DNA from: Streptosporangiales bacterium
Lineage (GTDB): Bacteria; Actinomycetota; Actinomycetes; Streptosporangiales; WHSR01
Assembly (NCBI GenBank): GCA_009379995.1
Contig: WHSR01000003.1
Span: 10,324 to 74,323 of the forward strand
Length of the DNA stretch: 64,000 nt
Direction: 5' to 3'
In this document: piece after piece, positions 34,784 to 43,863 of the stretch
How the letters are laid out: every line of letters begins with the position of its first letter
Position numbering within the stretch: the stretch's first letter is position 1
The notes under the pieces: model-generated
Told to the model about the DNA's origin: nothing
The model's input: only the letters and a program-made list of their open reading frames with translations
The model's database searches: none
Made by a program: the position numbers and the translations under genes

Positions 34784-36195
34784 CCAGCGCAGAAATCCTG
34801 GATCACGCCGCACGCCTGCGCGCCGACCTGCCCAGCGACTTCCAGGACAGCGTGATCGAGTCGATCTACACCGACGCCGCCCGGATCACATCGACGAGCA
34901 TCAGCCACGACACCGAACGCGCCCGTCTCACCGTCGATCGAGTACTCGACAAGGTACTCACCCACCCGGTGGGCGGCTTCGCGGCCATGGGTCTGCTGTT
35001 CTTCGCGGTGTTCTGGTTCACCATCACCGGAGCCGCCGTCCCCTCGGGCCTGCTCTACACACTGCTGGTGGACAACGGCCACGCCTGGCTTCGTGATGCC
35101 TTCGTCGCCTTCGGCTCCCCCGCCTGGCTGACCGGTCTGCTCATCGACGGCACGTATCTCGGCATGGCCTGGGTGGTCGCGGTGATGCTCCCCCCGATGG
35201 CCATCTTCTTCCCGATCTTCACCCTGCTGGAAGACTTTGGCTACCTGCCCCGCGTGGCATTCAATCTCGACCGGCTCTTCGCCCGGGCCGGCGCCCACGG
35301 CAAACAGTCGCTCAGCATGATGATGGGCTACGGCTGCAACGCGGCGGGGGTGGTCGCCACCCGCATCATCGACAGCCCCCGCGAACGGCTCATCGCCATC
35401 CTGACCAACAACTTCAGTATCTGCAACGGACGCTGGCCCACGCTGATTCTGATGGGAACCATTTTCATCGGCGCGCAGGCACCCCCCGCGCTCGCGAGCC
35501 TTGTCGCCGCCGCCAGCGTCGTGACCGTTGCGCTCATCGGAGTACTGACCGCGCTGATCGTCTCCTGGGGGCTATCGAAGACGGTGCTGCGGGGCGAAAC
35601 CTCGGTGTACTCACTCGAACTGCCCCCGTACCGGCCCCCGCAGCTGTGGCGGACGCTCTACACCAGCATCATCGACCGCACCCTAGTCGTGCTGCGGCGT
35701 GCGGTGGTGATGGCCGCCCCGGCGGGCGCCGTCATCTGGCTTATCAGCAACATCGACCTCGGCGGGACGAGCATCGCCGCGCACATGACCAACGGCCTCG
35801 ACCCACTCGGATGGGTGCTCGGCCTCAACGGCGTGATCCTGCTCGCCTACATCGTCGCGATACCCGCGAACGAGATCATCATCCCCACCATCCTGATGCT
35901 CACCATGACCCTCGGGCCGAACCTCTTCGACGCGCAAAACGGGGTAATGCTCGAGCTCGGGCAAACGCAAACCCACGCCGTCCTCACCCAGGCCGGCGGG
36001 TGGACACTGCTGACGGCCATCAACCTGATGCTCTTCAGCCTGCTGCACAACCCGTGCAGCACCACCATCCTGACCATCAGGAACGAAACCAATAGCCTCA
36101 AATGGACGACAGTCGCCGCGCTAATGCCTCTCGCGCTGGCCTTCGCGGTGACAGCTGCCACGGCAACGGCGGCCCGACTCGCGGGCGGGGGGTAA
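34780..36195 (+). CDS. feoB: FeoB membrane (gate/nucleoside-recognition) domain as a separate ORF
   Basis: ATG 34780 overlaps the stop of the G-domain ORF (ATGA). The 471-aa product is polytopic, with VIESIYTDAARI, DRVLTHPVGG, MMGYGCNAAGV and LHNPCSTT motifs typical of the FeoB core. Confidence 0.85.
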   Translation: MTSAEILDHAARLRADLPSDFQDSVIESIYTDAARITSTSISHDTERARLTVDRVLDKVLTHPVGGFAAMGLLFFAVFWFTITGAAVPSGLLYTLLVDNGHAWLRDAFVAFGSPAWLTGLLIDGTYLGMAWVVAVMLPPMAIFFPIFTLLEDFGYLPRVAFNLDRLFARAGAHGKQSLSMMMGYGCNAAGVVATRIIDSPRERLIAILTNNFSICNGRWPTLILMGTIFIGAQAPPALASLVAAASVVTVALIGVLTALIVSWGLSKTVLRGETSVYSLELPPYRPPQLWRTLYTSIIDRTLVVLRRAVVMAAPAGAVIWLISNIDLGGTSIAAHMTNGLDPLGWVLGLNGVILLAYIVAIPANEIIIPTILMLTMTLGPNLFDAQNGVMLELGQTQTHAVLTQAGGWTLLTAINLMLFSLLHNPCSTTILTIRNETNSLKWTTVAALMPLALAFAVTAATATAARLAGGG

Positions 36196-36354
36196 GGATC
36201 TCGCGGTAGGCCGCGTCCATGGGCACCAGCCGCAGCGACAACTCGTCGACCACAGATCCCAGTCAGACACAGCTTTAAGAACTGAGGTCATTTCTGTTTC
36301 TTGCTACGGTGCGGGCATGTCACCGGAGCATGTTGTCGACCCTGGTGACGCGCG

Positions 36355-36983
36355 GTGAGCCCGGTCACGGCGCCGCGAACCGGGAAGGGTCGGGGGACCC
36401 GCGCGCGTCTGCTGGTGGCCGCGCGCCAGCAGACGCTGGCCAACGGTGGGACGCTCGAGGTGGCCACGGTCGCGGAGGCAGCGGGCGTGGTGCCCAGCGT
36501 CGTGTACCGCTACTTCGGGTCGAAGGCGGGGCTCGTGACCGCACTGATCGACGACTTCTTCGACCGCTTCCACGAGCGCGTGCTCGACGTCGATCTCAGA
36601 GAGCACGGGTCGTGGGCCCAGCGTGAGCGCCGCCGCCTGGAGAGCGGCGTGCGCTTCCACTACGAGGAGCCCCTGGCGGTCGTCATCTACGCGCTGCTGG
36701 CGCGCGAGCCGCAGGTGGCGTGGCACATAGCGAGCGCACGCGCAAGGTCGTCGCGCAGGCGGCGCGGAACATCCGCCACGGCCAGCGGGGCGGCGAGCTA
36801 GATCCGAGCGTGGACGCGCATCTCGCGGGCGCGGCGATCTTCGGCGCGATGCGGGAGGTGATGGTCGAGGCGCTCAGCCGCACGCGGCGGCCTCCGGCGC
36901 GGAAGGTGGTCGAGCTGCTCTGGCGCCAGGTCGCCGCCGCGGTGAGGCTCGATCCCCGGGAAGCAGGGACAGATGACAGTTAG
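36355..36983 (+). pseudogene. TetR-family regulator disrupted by a 5-bp tandem duplication (GTGGC GTGGC at 36715-36724)
   Basis: ORF 36355-36801 carries the HTH (ATVAEAAGVVPSVVYRYFGSKAGL). ORF 36720-36983 carries the C-terminal half in another frame. Deleting one GTGGC copy restores a single ~207-aa frame (...EPQVAHSERTRK...). Confidence 0.7.
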
Positions 36984-37164
36984 GCCGCACGTCCGCTACG
37001 AGCATGACGGGCCGGTGACGGTGATCACGATCGACCGCCCCGAGCGCATGAACGCGATCAGCCTGCAGACGCACCGCGAGCTGGTCGGCGCCACCTGGGG
37101 CGGAACCGACCCGCGCCCCGGCGACGACCGGATCATCCGCATCGAACTCGTCGGACAGAACTGA
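36973..37164 (+). pseudogene. enoyl-CoA hydratase/crotonase-family N-terminal stub (63 aa)
   Basis: VRYEHDGPVTVITIDRPERMNAISLQTHRELV is a classic crotonase N-terminus. Similarity is then lost and a stop follows. No continuation exists in the other frames. Confidence 0.5.
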
Positions 37165-37197
37165 CGACCGCACAGAAGAAGAAAGGAACGACACGAG

Positions 37198-37950
37198 ATG
37201 AAGATCACTGGAAACACCGTGCTGATGGCCGGCGGCACGTCCGGCATCGGGCGTGGCCTGGCCATTCGGCTCCATGAAGCAGGGAACCGCGTGATCGTCG
37301 CCGGGCGGCGCCGCGAGCAGCTCGACGAGATCGTCGCAGCGCACGACGGGATCGACGCCGAACTCCTGGACATCACGGACCCCCGTTCGATCCGCCGGCT
37401 GTTCGAGACGGTGACGGAGAAGCACCCGGACCTCAACGTGCTGGTCGCGATGGCGGGCATCATGATCCCCGAGAAGGTGCTCGGCCCGGACTCGCTCGAG
37501 CTGGCCGAGCGAACCGTCACCACGAACCTGCTGGGGCCAATCCGCCTCATCCACGGCTTCGCACCGTTCCTGGTGTCCCAGCCGGCCGCCGCCATCCTGA
37601 CCGTGACCTCGGGCCTGGCCTACGTGCCGTTGCCGATCACGCCGACCTACAGTGCGACGAAGGCGGCCGTCCACTCCTGGACCGAGAGTCTGCGCGAGCA
37701 GCTCCGCGACACCTCCGTGCAGGTCATCGAGATCGCCCCGCCGCTCACCCGCACGACACTGATGGGCAGCGGGACCGACAACGAGCGTGCCATGCCACTC
37801 GAGGACTTCCTCTCCGAGACCATGAGCCTGCTCGAGTCGCAGCCGGACGCGCAGCAGATCCTCGTCGAGCGCGTCAAGCGCCAACGATTCGCGGAGGCGA
37901 ACGGGACGTACGACCAGGTCTTCGTGATGCAGAGCGGCCGCGCGAGCTGA
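37198..37950 (+). CDS. SDR-family oxidoreductase (DltE-like)
   Basis: 250 aa. MAGGTSGIGRGLA and the catalytic YSATKAAVH motif. GAAAGGAA lies before the ATG. Confidence 0.85.
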   Translation: MKITGNTVLMAGGTSGIGRGLAIRLHEAGNRVIVAGRRREQLDEIVAAHDGIDAELLDITDPRSIRRLFETVTEKHPDLNVLVAMAGIMIPEKVLGPDSLELAERTVTTNLLGPIRLIHGFAPFLVSQPAAAILTVTSGLAYVPLPITPTYSATKAAVHSWTESLREQLRDTSVQVIEIAPPLTRTTLMGSGTDNERAMPLEDFLSETMSLLESQPDAQQILVERVKRQRFAEANGTYDQVFVMQSGRAS

Positions 37951-37957
37951 TTCTCCG

Positions 37958-38041
37958 ATGACCAGCCTCCCCACGGTCGCGCTCAACGACGGTCGGCGCA
38001 TTCCCCAGCCCGGGTTCGGCGTCTACCAGGTTCCACCGGCG
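37958..38041 (+). pseudogene. aldo/keto reductase N-terminal stub (~27 aa)
   Basis: MTSLPTVALNDGRRIPQPGFGVYQVPP matches the conserved AKR start. The frame then becomes junk where the DUF2637 fragment abuts it on the other strand. Confidence 0.45.
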
Positions 38042-38318
38042 GCCACGCCGCAATCAGCCTGCCGACAACCGTTGGTTCGGCAACCGGCACGTTGGCGGCC
38101 AGACTCGCCGCGCTCCCAACGATCAGCAGCGACCACGGCAGCAGACCGCCCCAGTTACCGTACCGAGAGTCCAGCAACAACGCCATCGACGACGCGACGA
38201 TCATGCCGTCCACCGACAGCGGGATCAACGTCGCCGTCCACGGGTCCTCGCCGTGCACCACCACGCTCGTGGTCGTCACCGACCGGATCGCCCGGTCCGC
38301 ACGACGGATAAACAGCAT
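38034..38318 (-). pseudogene. DUF2637-like membrane protein fragment (family common on actinomycete integrative/conjugative elements)
   Basis: DPWTATLIPLSVDGMIVASSMALLLDSRYGNWGGLLPWSLLIVGSAASLAANVPVAEPTVVGRLIAAWPP resembles my recollection of the DUF2637 core. Both flanks of the 149-aa ORF look non-homologous. Confidence 0.45.
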
Positions 38319-38570
38319 CCATCGCCGATCGCTCCCATGCCACGCGGGCGGACGACAGATGCTCCGCGCGCTCTCCGTGGGGGCCAACGTGCTGCTGGGC
38401 TGCGGCACGGCGACGCCGCTCCCCCGCCCCAACGCGGGCCGACCCCCTCAGCACGAACTCAGCACACGGTCCAGAAATGGCCGGGAAGAGCCGGGAACGA
38501 TCGGTATTCCACCTGCTTCCCCCTGGGCCGACGTGGGGCCCGGAGGAAGCCCGCCTCACCTGGTCAAACG

Positions 38571-39809
38571 CTATCTTACGTCGAGGCCGGTGAGGGCCCG
38601 GCCGATGATGAGCCGCTGGATCTCGCTGGTGCCCTCGAAGATCGTGTAGATCTTCGCGTCCCGGTGGAAGCGCTCCACCGGGTGGTCCCGGGTGTAGCCG
38701 GCGCCGCCCAGGATCTGCATCGCCTGCTCGGTCACCCACACCGCTGTTTCGCCCGCGACCAGCTTGGACATCGAGCCCTCCGCGGCCTCGAAGGGCTTGC
38801 CGTTGCGCGCCATCCACGCCGCCCGCCAGACCAGCAGCCGCGCCATGTCGACGCTGGTCCGCATGTCGGCCAGCTTGAACGCGATCGCCTGGTTCTGCGC
38901 GATCGGCCGGCCGAACTGTTCCCGTTCCCGCGCGTAGTCCAGCGCGTACTCGTACGCGGCCCGCGCGATCCCGACCGCTTGGGCGCCCACGCTGGGCCGG
39001 GACGCCTCGAAGGTGCGCATCGCCGCCTGGGACCGGCCGCTGTGGCGGCCCTCGCGGGTGCGGGCCAGCCGTTCGTCGAGCTTGTCCTTGCCCCCCACAA
39101 GGCAGCGCCCGGGCACCCGAACGTCGTCGAGCACTACCTCGGCGGTGTGGGAGGCGCGGATACCGTGCTTGGCGAACTTCTGCCCCTGGGAAAGACCCTC
39201 GGTGCCGGGCGGCACGATGAAGCTCGCCTGACCCCGCGTACCCAGCTGCGGATCAACCGACGCGACGACGACGTGGACGTCCGCTATGCCGCCGTTCGTC
39301 GCCCAGGTCTTCCGCCCGTTGAGAACCCACTCGTCGTGCGCCTCGTCGTAGCGGGCGCGGGTACGGATCGCGCCGATGTCGCTGCCGGCCTCCGGCTCCG
39401 ACGCGCAGAACGCCCCGAGCTTGACGTCGTCATCGGTGCCGAACATCTGTGGGACCCACTCGGCCATCTGCTCCTCGGTGCCGTTGGTGGACACGGAAAC
39501 CGCCGCCAGGGTGGTGCCCACTATCGACAGCGCGATCCCGGCGTCTCCCCAGAACAGCTCCTCGAAGGCCAACGGGATCCCAAGCCCGGAGGGGTCGAAC
39601 CATTGTTGGGAGAAGAAGTCCACGGAGTACAAGCCGATCTTGGCCGCCTCCTGGATGATCGGCCACGGCGTCTCCTCGCGTTCGTCCCACTCGGCGCCAG
39701 CCGGCCGAATCACTGTCGCGACGAACTCGTGCACCCACTTCTGGACCTCGCGCAGGTCCTCGCTCAGCTCGAGAGAGAACCCGCCGGCCTCGGTCGGTTG
39801 GGTATCGAT
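38571..39809 (-). CDS. acyl-CoA dehydrogenase
   Basis: ACAD motifs: [69 protein letters not shown]. The track start (GTG 39734) cuts off the conserved N-terminal helix [15 protein letters not shown]. The extension shown assumes an ATC start at 39807-39809 behind GGGAGG. Confidence 0.8.
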   Translation of the reverse strand: MDTQPTEAGGFSLELSEDLREVQKWVHEFVATVIRPAGAEWDEREETPWPIIQEAAKIGLYSVDFFSQQWFDPSGLGIPLAFEELFWGDAGIALSIVGTTLAAVSVSTNGTEEQMAEWVPQMFGTDDDVKLGAFCASEPEAGSDIGAIRTRARYDEAHDEWVLNGRKTWATNGGIADVHVVVASVDPQLGTRGQASFIVPPGTEGLSQGQKFAKHGIRASHTAEVVLDDVRVPGRCLVGGKDKLDERLARTREGRHSGRSQAAMRTFEASRPSVGAQAVGIARAAYEYALDYAREREQFGRPIAQNQAIAFKLADMRTSVDMARLLVWRAAWMARNGKPFEAAEGSMSKLVAGETAVWVTEQAMQILGGAGYTRDHPVERFHRDAKIYTIFEGTSEIQRLIIGRALTGLDVR

Positions 39810-39826
39810 GGCCGCCTCCCGGAGCT

Positions 39827-39858
39827 GCTACCGGTCAGTAACTGTTACCGACAGTAGC
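39827..39858. promoter_or_regulatory. imperfect 32-bp inverted repeat (GCTACCGGTCAGTAAC T GTTACCGACAGTAGC) between the ABC exporter stop and the ACAD start
   Basis: The core GTAACtGTTAC is perfect, and the outer GCTAC/GTAGC arms pair with one bulge. It could be an operator or the exporter's terminator. Confidence 0.3.
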
Positions 39859-39875
39859 ACTCAGTTCGGTGGGCT

Positions 39876-41795
39876 TCAAACGGTCTGCACCGCCTCCTTG
39901 ACGGACGGTTCCGTTGCGGGTGAGTCCGGCGCGGGTGACCCGTCGAACTGGGTCCTGTACAGCTCCTCGTAGCGACCTCCGGCGGCGAGCAGGTCGGCGT
40001 GTGTCCCGCGCTCCACGACCTGTCCTTCCTCGATCACGAGGATGAGGTCCGCGGCCCGGACGGTGGACAGCCGGTGCGCGATCACCACCGCGGTCCGCCC
40101 GGCGAGCGCCTCGGTCAGCGCCTCCTGTACCGCCGCCTCCGAGGTGGAGTCCAGGTGGGCGGTCGCCTCGTCGAGGATCACCACCCGCGGGCGCGCCAGC
40201 AGCAGCCGCGCGATCGTCAGCCGCTGGCGTTCGCCGCCGGAGAGCCGGTAGCCGCGCTCACCGACGACGGTGTCCAGCCCGTCGGGCAGCGAGCGGATCA
40301 GCGTGTCGAGCCGGGCGCGTCGCAGCACCTCCCACAGCTCGTCCTCGGATGCCTCCGACCGGGCGAGCAGCAGGTTCTCCCGGACCGAATCGTGGAACAG
40401 ATGCCCGTCCTGCGTCACCATCCCGAGCGCCTCGCGCATCGACTCGGCGGACAGGTCGCGGACGTCAACACCGGACAGTCTCACGGCGCCGGAGTCGACG
40501 TCGTAGAGCCGCGGCACCAGCTGCGCGATCGTCGACTTGCCCGCGCCCGAGGAACCGACGAGCGCCACCATCTGCCCGGGCTCGGCGCGGAACGAGACGT
40601 CGTGCAGCACCTCCTCGCCGCCGCGGGTGTCGAGGTTCACGACTTCCTCGAGCGACGCGAGCGAGACCTTGTCCGCCGACGGGTAGCCGAAGCGCACCCG
40701 GTCGAACTCGATGGACACCGGCCCATCGGGTACTCCTCGGGCGTCAGGCCTCTCGGTGATCAAGGGCTTCAGGTCCAGAACCTCGAAAACCCGCTCGAAG
40801 CTCACCAGCGCGCTCATCACCTCGACCCGCGCGCTGGCGAGCGCGGTCAGCGGCGCGTAGAGCCGAGTGAGCAGCAGCGCTATCGCGACGACATCGCCGG
40901 GATTCAGCTGGCCCCGCAGTGCGTAGAAGCCGCCGAGCCCGTAGACGATGGCCAATCCCAGCGCCGAGACCAGCGTCAGCGCGGTGACGAACACGTGCTG
41001 CACCATCGCCGTCCGCAGGCCGATGTCGCGCACCCGCCTCGCCCGCGCGATGAACTCGGCCGACTCGCGCGTCGGCCGGCTGAACAGCTTCACCAGCGTG
41101 GCACCGGGCGCGGAGAACCGCTCGGTCATCTGGGTGCTCATCGCCGCGTTGTGGTCCGCGGCCTCGCGCTCGAGCCGGGCCAGCCGCCTCCCCATCCGCC
41201 GGGCCGGCAGTACGAACATCGGCAGCAGCAGCATCGCGAGCAGGGTGATCTGCCAGGAAACCCCGATCATCACGGCGAGGGTGATCACCAGGGTCACCAG
41301 GTTGCTGACCACACCGGAGAGGGTGTCGCTGAACGCCCGCTGCGCGCCGATGACGTCGTTGTTCAGCCGGCTGACCAGCGCGCCCGTGCGGGTACGCGTG
41401 AAAAAGGCGATCGGCATCCGCTGCACGTGGTCGAAGACCGCGGCTCGCAGGTCGAGGATCAGGCCCTCACCGATTCTCGCCGACAGCCACCGCGTCAGCA
41501 GCCCGAGCCCGGCCTCCGCCAGCGCGATGGCCGCGATCAGCCCCGCCAGCCCGAGGACGAGGCCCAGCGACGTGCCGTCGATGATCGCGTCGACGGCACG
41601 GCCGGCGAGCACCGGCGTGGCGACCGTGAGCATCGCCACCACGACGCTGAACAGCAGGAACCAGACCAGCTGCCGGCGGTGCGGCCGCGCGAAGGCGCCG
41701 ATGCGCCGCAACGTGGCCCTGGAGAACCGCCGGCGGTCCTCCTGCGCGTTCATCGTGTGATACAGCGACATCCACGCGGTTACTTCCATATCCAT
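39876..41795 (-). CDS. ABC exporter, fused transmembrane + ATP-binding protein (MsbA/MdlB-like half transporter)
   Basis: Six-TM N-terminal domain. Walker A is GSSGAGKST, the signature is LSGGERQR, Walker B is VVILDEATAHLD. The start is uncertain (41795, 41771 or 41831). Confidence 0.85.
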   Translation of the reverse strand: MDMEVTAWMSLYHTMNAQEDRRRFSRATLRRIGAFARPHRRQLVWFLLFSVVVAMLTVATPVLAGRAVDAIIDGTSLGLVLGLAGLIAAIALAEAGLGLLTRWLSARIGEGLILDLRAAVFDHVQRMPIAFFTRTRTGALVSRLNNDVIGAQRAFSDTLSGVVSNLVTLVITLAVMIGVSWQITLLAMLLLPMFVLPARRMGRRLARLEREAADHNAAMSTQMTERFSAPGATLVKLFSRPTRESAEFIARARRVRDIGLRTAMVQHVFVTALTLVSALGLAIVYGLGGFYALRGQLNPGDVVAIALLLTRLYAPLTALASARVEVMSALVSFERVFEVLDLKPLITERPDARGVPDGPVSIEFDRVRFGYPSADKVSLASLEEVVNLDTRGGEEVLHDVSFRAEPGQMVALVGSSGAGKSTIAQLVPRLYDVDSGAVRLSGVDVRDLSAESMREALGMVTQDGHLFHDSVRENLLLARSEASEDELWEVLRRARLDTLIRSLPDGLDTVVGERGYRLSGGERQRLTIARLLLARPRVVILDEATAHLDSTSEAAVQEALTEALAGRTAVVIAHRLSTVRAADLILVIEEGQVVERGTHADLLAAGGRYEELYRTQFDGSPAPDSPATEPSVKEAVQTV

Positions 41796-41857
41796 CAAGC
41801 ACCACCGGACTCTCGGACGGAGTTGGCACAACTAGAGACTGCTGGGATCATCGGAAA

Positions 41858-42151
41858 TCATCGGCGTGGTCGGCCGTGAGCGTAGGCCAGACCAGAAACA
41901 ACCGTCTCGACCCCGTCGAGGGCCGGTTCCATCGTGTCCGGTACGGACAGGTCGCCACGCACGACATCGACCCCGGCCGGCAGGCCGGCGGAGTCCGGGG
42001 CGCGGCTCAGCGCACGGACGGCGGTGCCGCTGCCCAGCAGCTGGGACACGACGTGTCGGCCGACGTTCCCGGTGGCCCCGGTCACCAGAATCACGTTTTC
42101 CCCGGTCACAGACTTCCCCTCTGCGTCGGCCTTTCGTGGCCCTGCCGGCAT
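41858..42151 (-). pseudogene. truncated NmrA-like NAD(P)H-binding gene (about 75 of ~280 aa retained); apparent SoxR target
   Basis: NVILVTGATGNVGRHVVSQLLGSGTAVRALSRAP...VDVVRGDLSVPDTMEPALDGVETVV, then a premature end. The SoxR-type promoter lies immediately upstream. Confidence 0.55.
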
Positions 42152-42181
42152 TCTTGACCGGCGGTACGACAAGACGGTAAA

Positions 42182-42201
42182 ACCTCAACTAAAGTTGAGG
42201 T
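42182..42201. promoter_or_regulatory. SoxR box (ACCTCAAC TAAA GTTGAGGT) inside a 19-bp-spacer promoter
   Basis: Perfect 8-bp arms. On the minus strand, TTGACC (42199-42204) is followed by a 19-nt spacer and then TACCGT (42174-42179). This is the MerR/SoxR promoter architecture, and it points at the truncated NmrA-like gene. Confidence 0.75.
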
Positions 42202-42230
42202 CAACCCAACCGAATCGGGGGATCGTTGCC

Positions 42231-42686
42231 ATGGATCAACCGAGGTGGGATCGGGACGAGCTCACCGTCGGGGAACTCGCCGCGCGCAGCGGCGTGGCCG
42301 TCTCGGCACTGCACTTCTACGAAAGACAGAACCTCATCAGCAGCCGGCGTACCTCCGGCAACCAACGACGCTACCGACGCGACACACTGCGCCGCGTGGC
42401 GCTGATCCGGGTCGCGCAGCGCGTCGGCATCCCCCTGGCCGACGTCCGCGCCGCCCTCGCGGAGCTGCCGGACGGCCGCGCCCCCACCCGCCTCGACTGG
42501 CAACGACTGTCGGCGCGCTGGCGGGCCGAACTCGACCAGCGAATCCAGCATCTCCAGCAGCTGCGCAACGACTTCACCGACTGCATCGGATGCGGCTGCC
42601 TGTCGATCGACAGGTGCGCACTGGCCAACCCCTACGACGAACTCGGCAAGCATGGTCCCGGCCCTCGGCGACTCCTCGAACCCTGA
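42231..42686 (+). CDS. soxR: redox-sensitive transcriptional activator SoxR (MerR family, [2Fe-2S])
   Basis: 151 aa. The HTH is LTVGELAARSGVAVSALHFYERQNLI. The cluster motif is CIGCGCLSIDRCALANP. Confidence 0.9.
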   Translation: MDQPRWDRDELTVGELAARSGVAVSALHFYERQNLISSRRTSGNQRRYRRDTLRRVALIRVAQRVGIPLADVRAALAELPDGRAPTRLDWQRLSARWRAELDQRIQHLQQLRNDFTDCIGCGCLSIDRCALANPYDELGKHGPGPRRLLEP

Positions 42687-42710
42687 TTCCGGGCCCATTA
42701 GCATCGAGAC

Positions 42711-42968
42711 GTGTCAGCGGGGGTCGACCCGGAGGACGTAAGCGCTACCGCGCAGCGACTTGCGAGGGCGGCGATGTCGCTGGCACGGGCGGGCAGCGAT
42801 CCCACCGGCGCGGCCACGGTCCTCATGGGTCTCGGCGGCTCCGACAAGGAGGCCGTCCGGCTGGCGCGGGCCCGCTGCCTCGCCGCTTCAGACCAGGATC
42901 CCGGGGACTGGGCGGCCCGCAACGCGGGAGAATTTCTCGACACGCTGCTGCGGCGCCTGGAGAGTTAG
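42711..42968 (+). CDS. hypothetical small protein (85 aa)
   Basis: GTG-initiated ORF with mostly G/C third positions, 24 nt after soxR. I recognise no motif. Confidence 0.4.
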   Translation: MSAGVDPEDVSATAQRLARAAMSLARAGSDPTGAATVLMGLGGSDKEAVRLARARCLAASDQDPGDWAARNAGEFLDTLLRRLES

Positions 42969-43843
42969 GACTCCTCGCCGTTCACCAGCATCATGAGCTG
43001 CTGGGCATTCTGCTGCGCATAGTTCCGATAGCAGTTGTTCATGAGCACGTGGGTGGTCCCGGCCTTCTCGGCGAGACCGCGCAGCCGGGGCGCCCACTCG
43101 GTCAGCTCCCGCTCGGAGTACAGGTAGCCGAACCGCTCGTAGATGTCCTTGCTGTTCCACCTCTCGCTGTGCCCGTGGAACCGGACCAGTGCCAGGTCGG
43201 ACGTTGCCGCGAGCACGGGCGGGATCGAGCTCGGGTAGCCCTGGGGCATGTCGACGCAGACGTACGGGATGCCGTACGAGGTCAGGAAGTCCAGCGTCTC
43301 GCGCTGGTTCCCCTCGCTCATCCAGGTGCGGTTGCGGAACTCCACGCAGATGCGCAGCGGCTCGCAGCGCGCCTTGCAGTCCAGGATGTACTGCTTGTTC
43401 CGCCAGGCGATCGGGAACCACTGTGGGAACTGCAACAGGACGGCGCCCAGCTTGCCGGCCTCGTGCAGGGGCAGCAGGGAGGCCACGAACCGTTCGAATA
43501 CCTGCTCCACCACGGCGGGATCGAGATCGCGCGCGTAGACGTTCTTCTTGTCGGTCTGCGGGCGCAGCTCCTTGTAGATCGCGTTGGTCCTGGTGGGATG
43601 CTGCGTGAGCAGCGAGAACGTCTTGACGTTGAAGGTGAACCCCGGTGGGGTGCGTTCGGCCCACAGGCGCGCGGTGCTCTCGGCCGGCGGTGAGTAGTAC
43701 GTGGAGTCGACCTCGACCAGCGGGAACTGGGAAGCGTAGTAACCCAGCCGCTGCTCGGCTGTCCGCAGGTCGTCTGGGTACCAACCGGAGGCCAGCAGGG
43801 TCTTGTCGGTCCACGACGCGGTGCCCACGAGGATCTTGCCCAC
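42965..43843 (-). CDS. DUF72 (UPF0759/YecE-like) protein
   Basis: GTG 43841-43843. VGKILVGTASWTDKTLLASGWYP...YYASQFPLVEVDSTYY...LLQFPQWF...VEFRNRTW is the characteristic DUF72 pattern. The upstream 130 aa of the track ORF are junk. Confidence 0.85.
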   Translation of the reverse strand: MGKILVGTASWTDKTLLASGWYPDDLRTAEQRLGYYASQFPLVEVDSTYYSPPAESTARLWAERTPPGFTFNVKTFSLLTQHPTRTNAIYKELRPQTDKKNVYARDLDPAVVEQVFERFVASLLPLHEAGKLGAVLLQFPQWFPIAWRNKQYILDCKARCEPLRICVEFRNRTWMSEGNQRETLDFLTSYGIPYVCVDMPQGYPSSIPPVLAATSDLALVRFHGHSERWNSKDIYERFGYLYSERELTEWAPRLRGLAEKAGTTHVLMNNCYRNYAQQNAQQLMMLVNGEES

Positions 43844-43863
43844 GCTTCCACGGTACGCGCCGC

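Noticed and set aside
36200-36275. Minus-strand fragment VVDELSLRLVPMDAAYREIL resembling the C-terminal motif of RibD_C/DHFR-like reductases
   Set aside because: About 20 residues are too short to support a pseudogene call without a database search.
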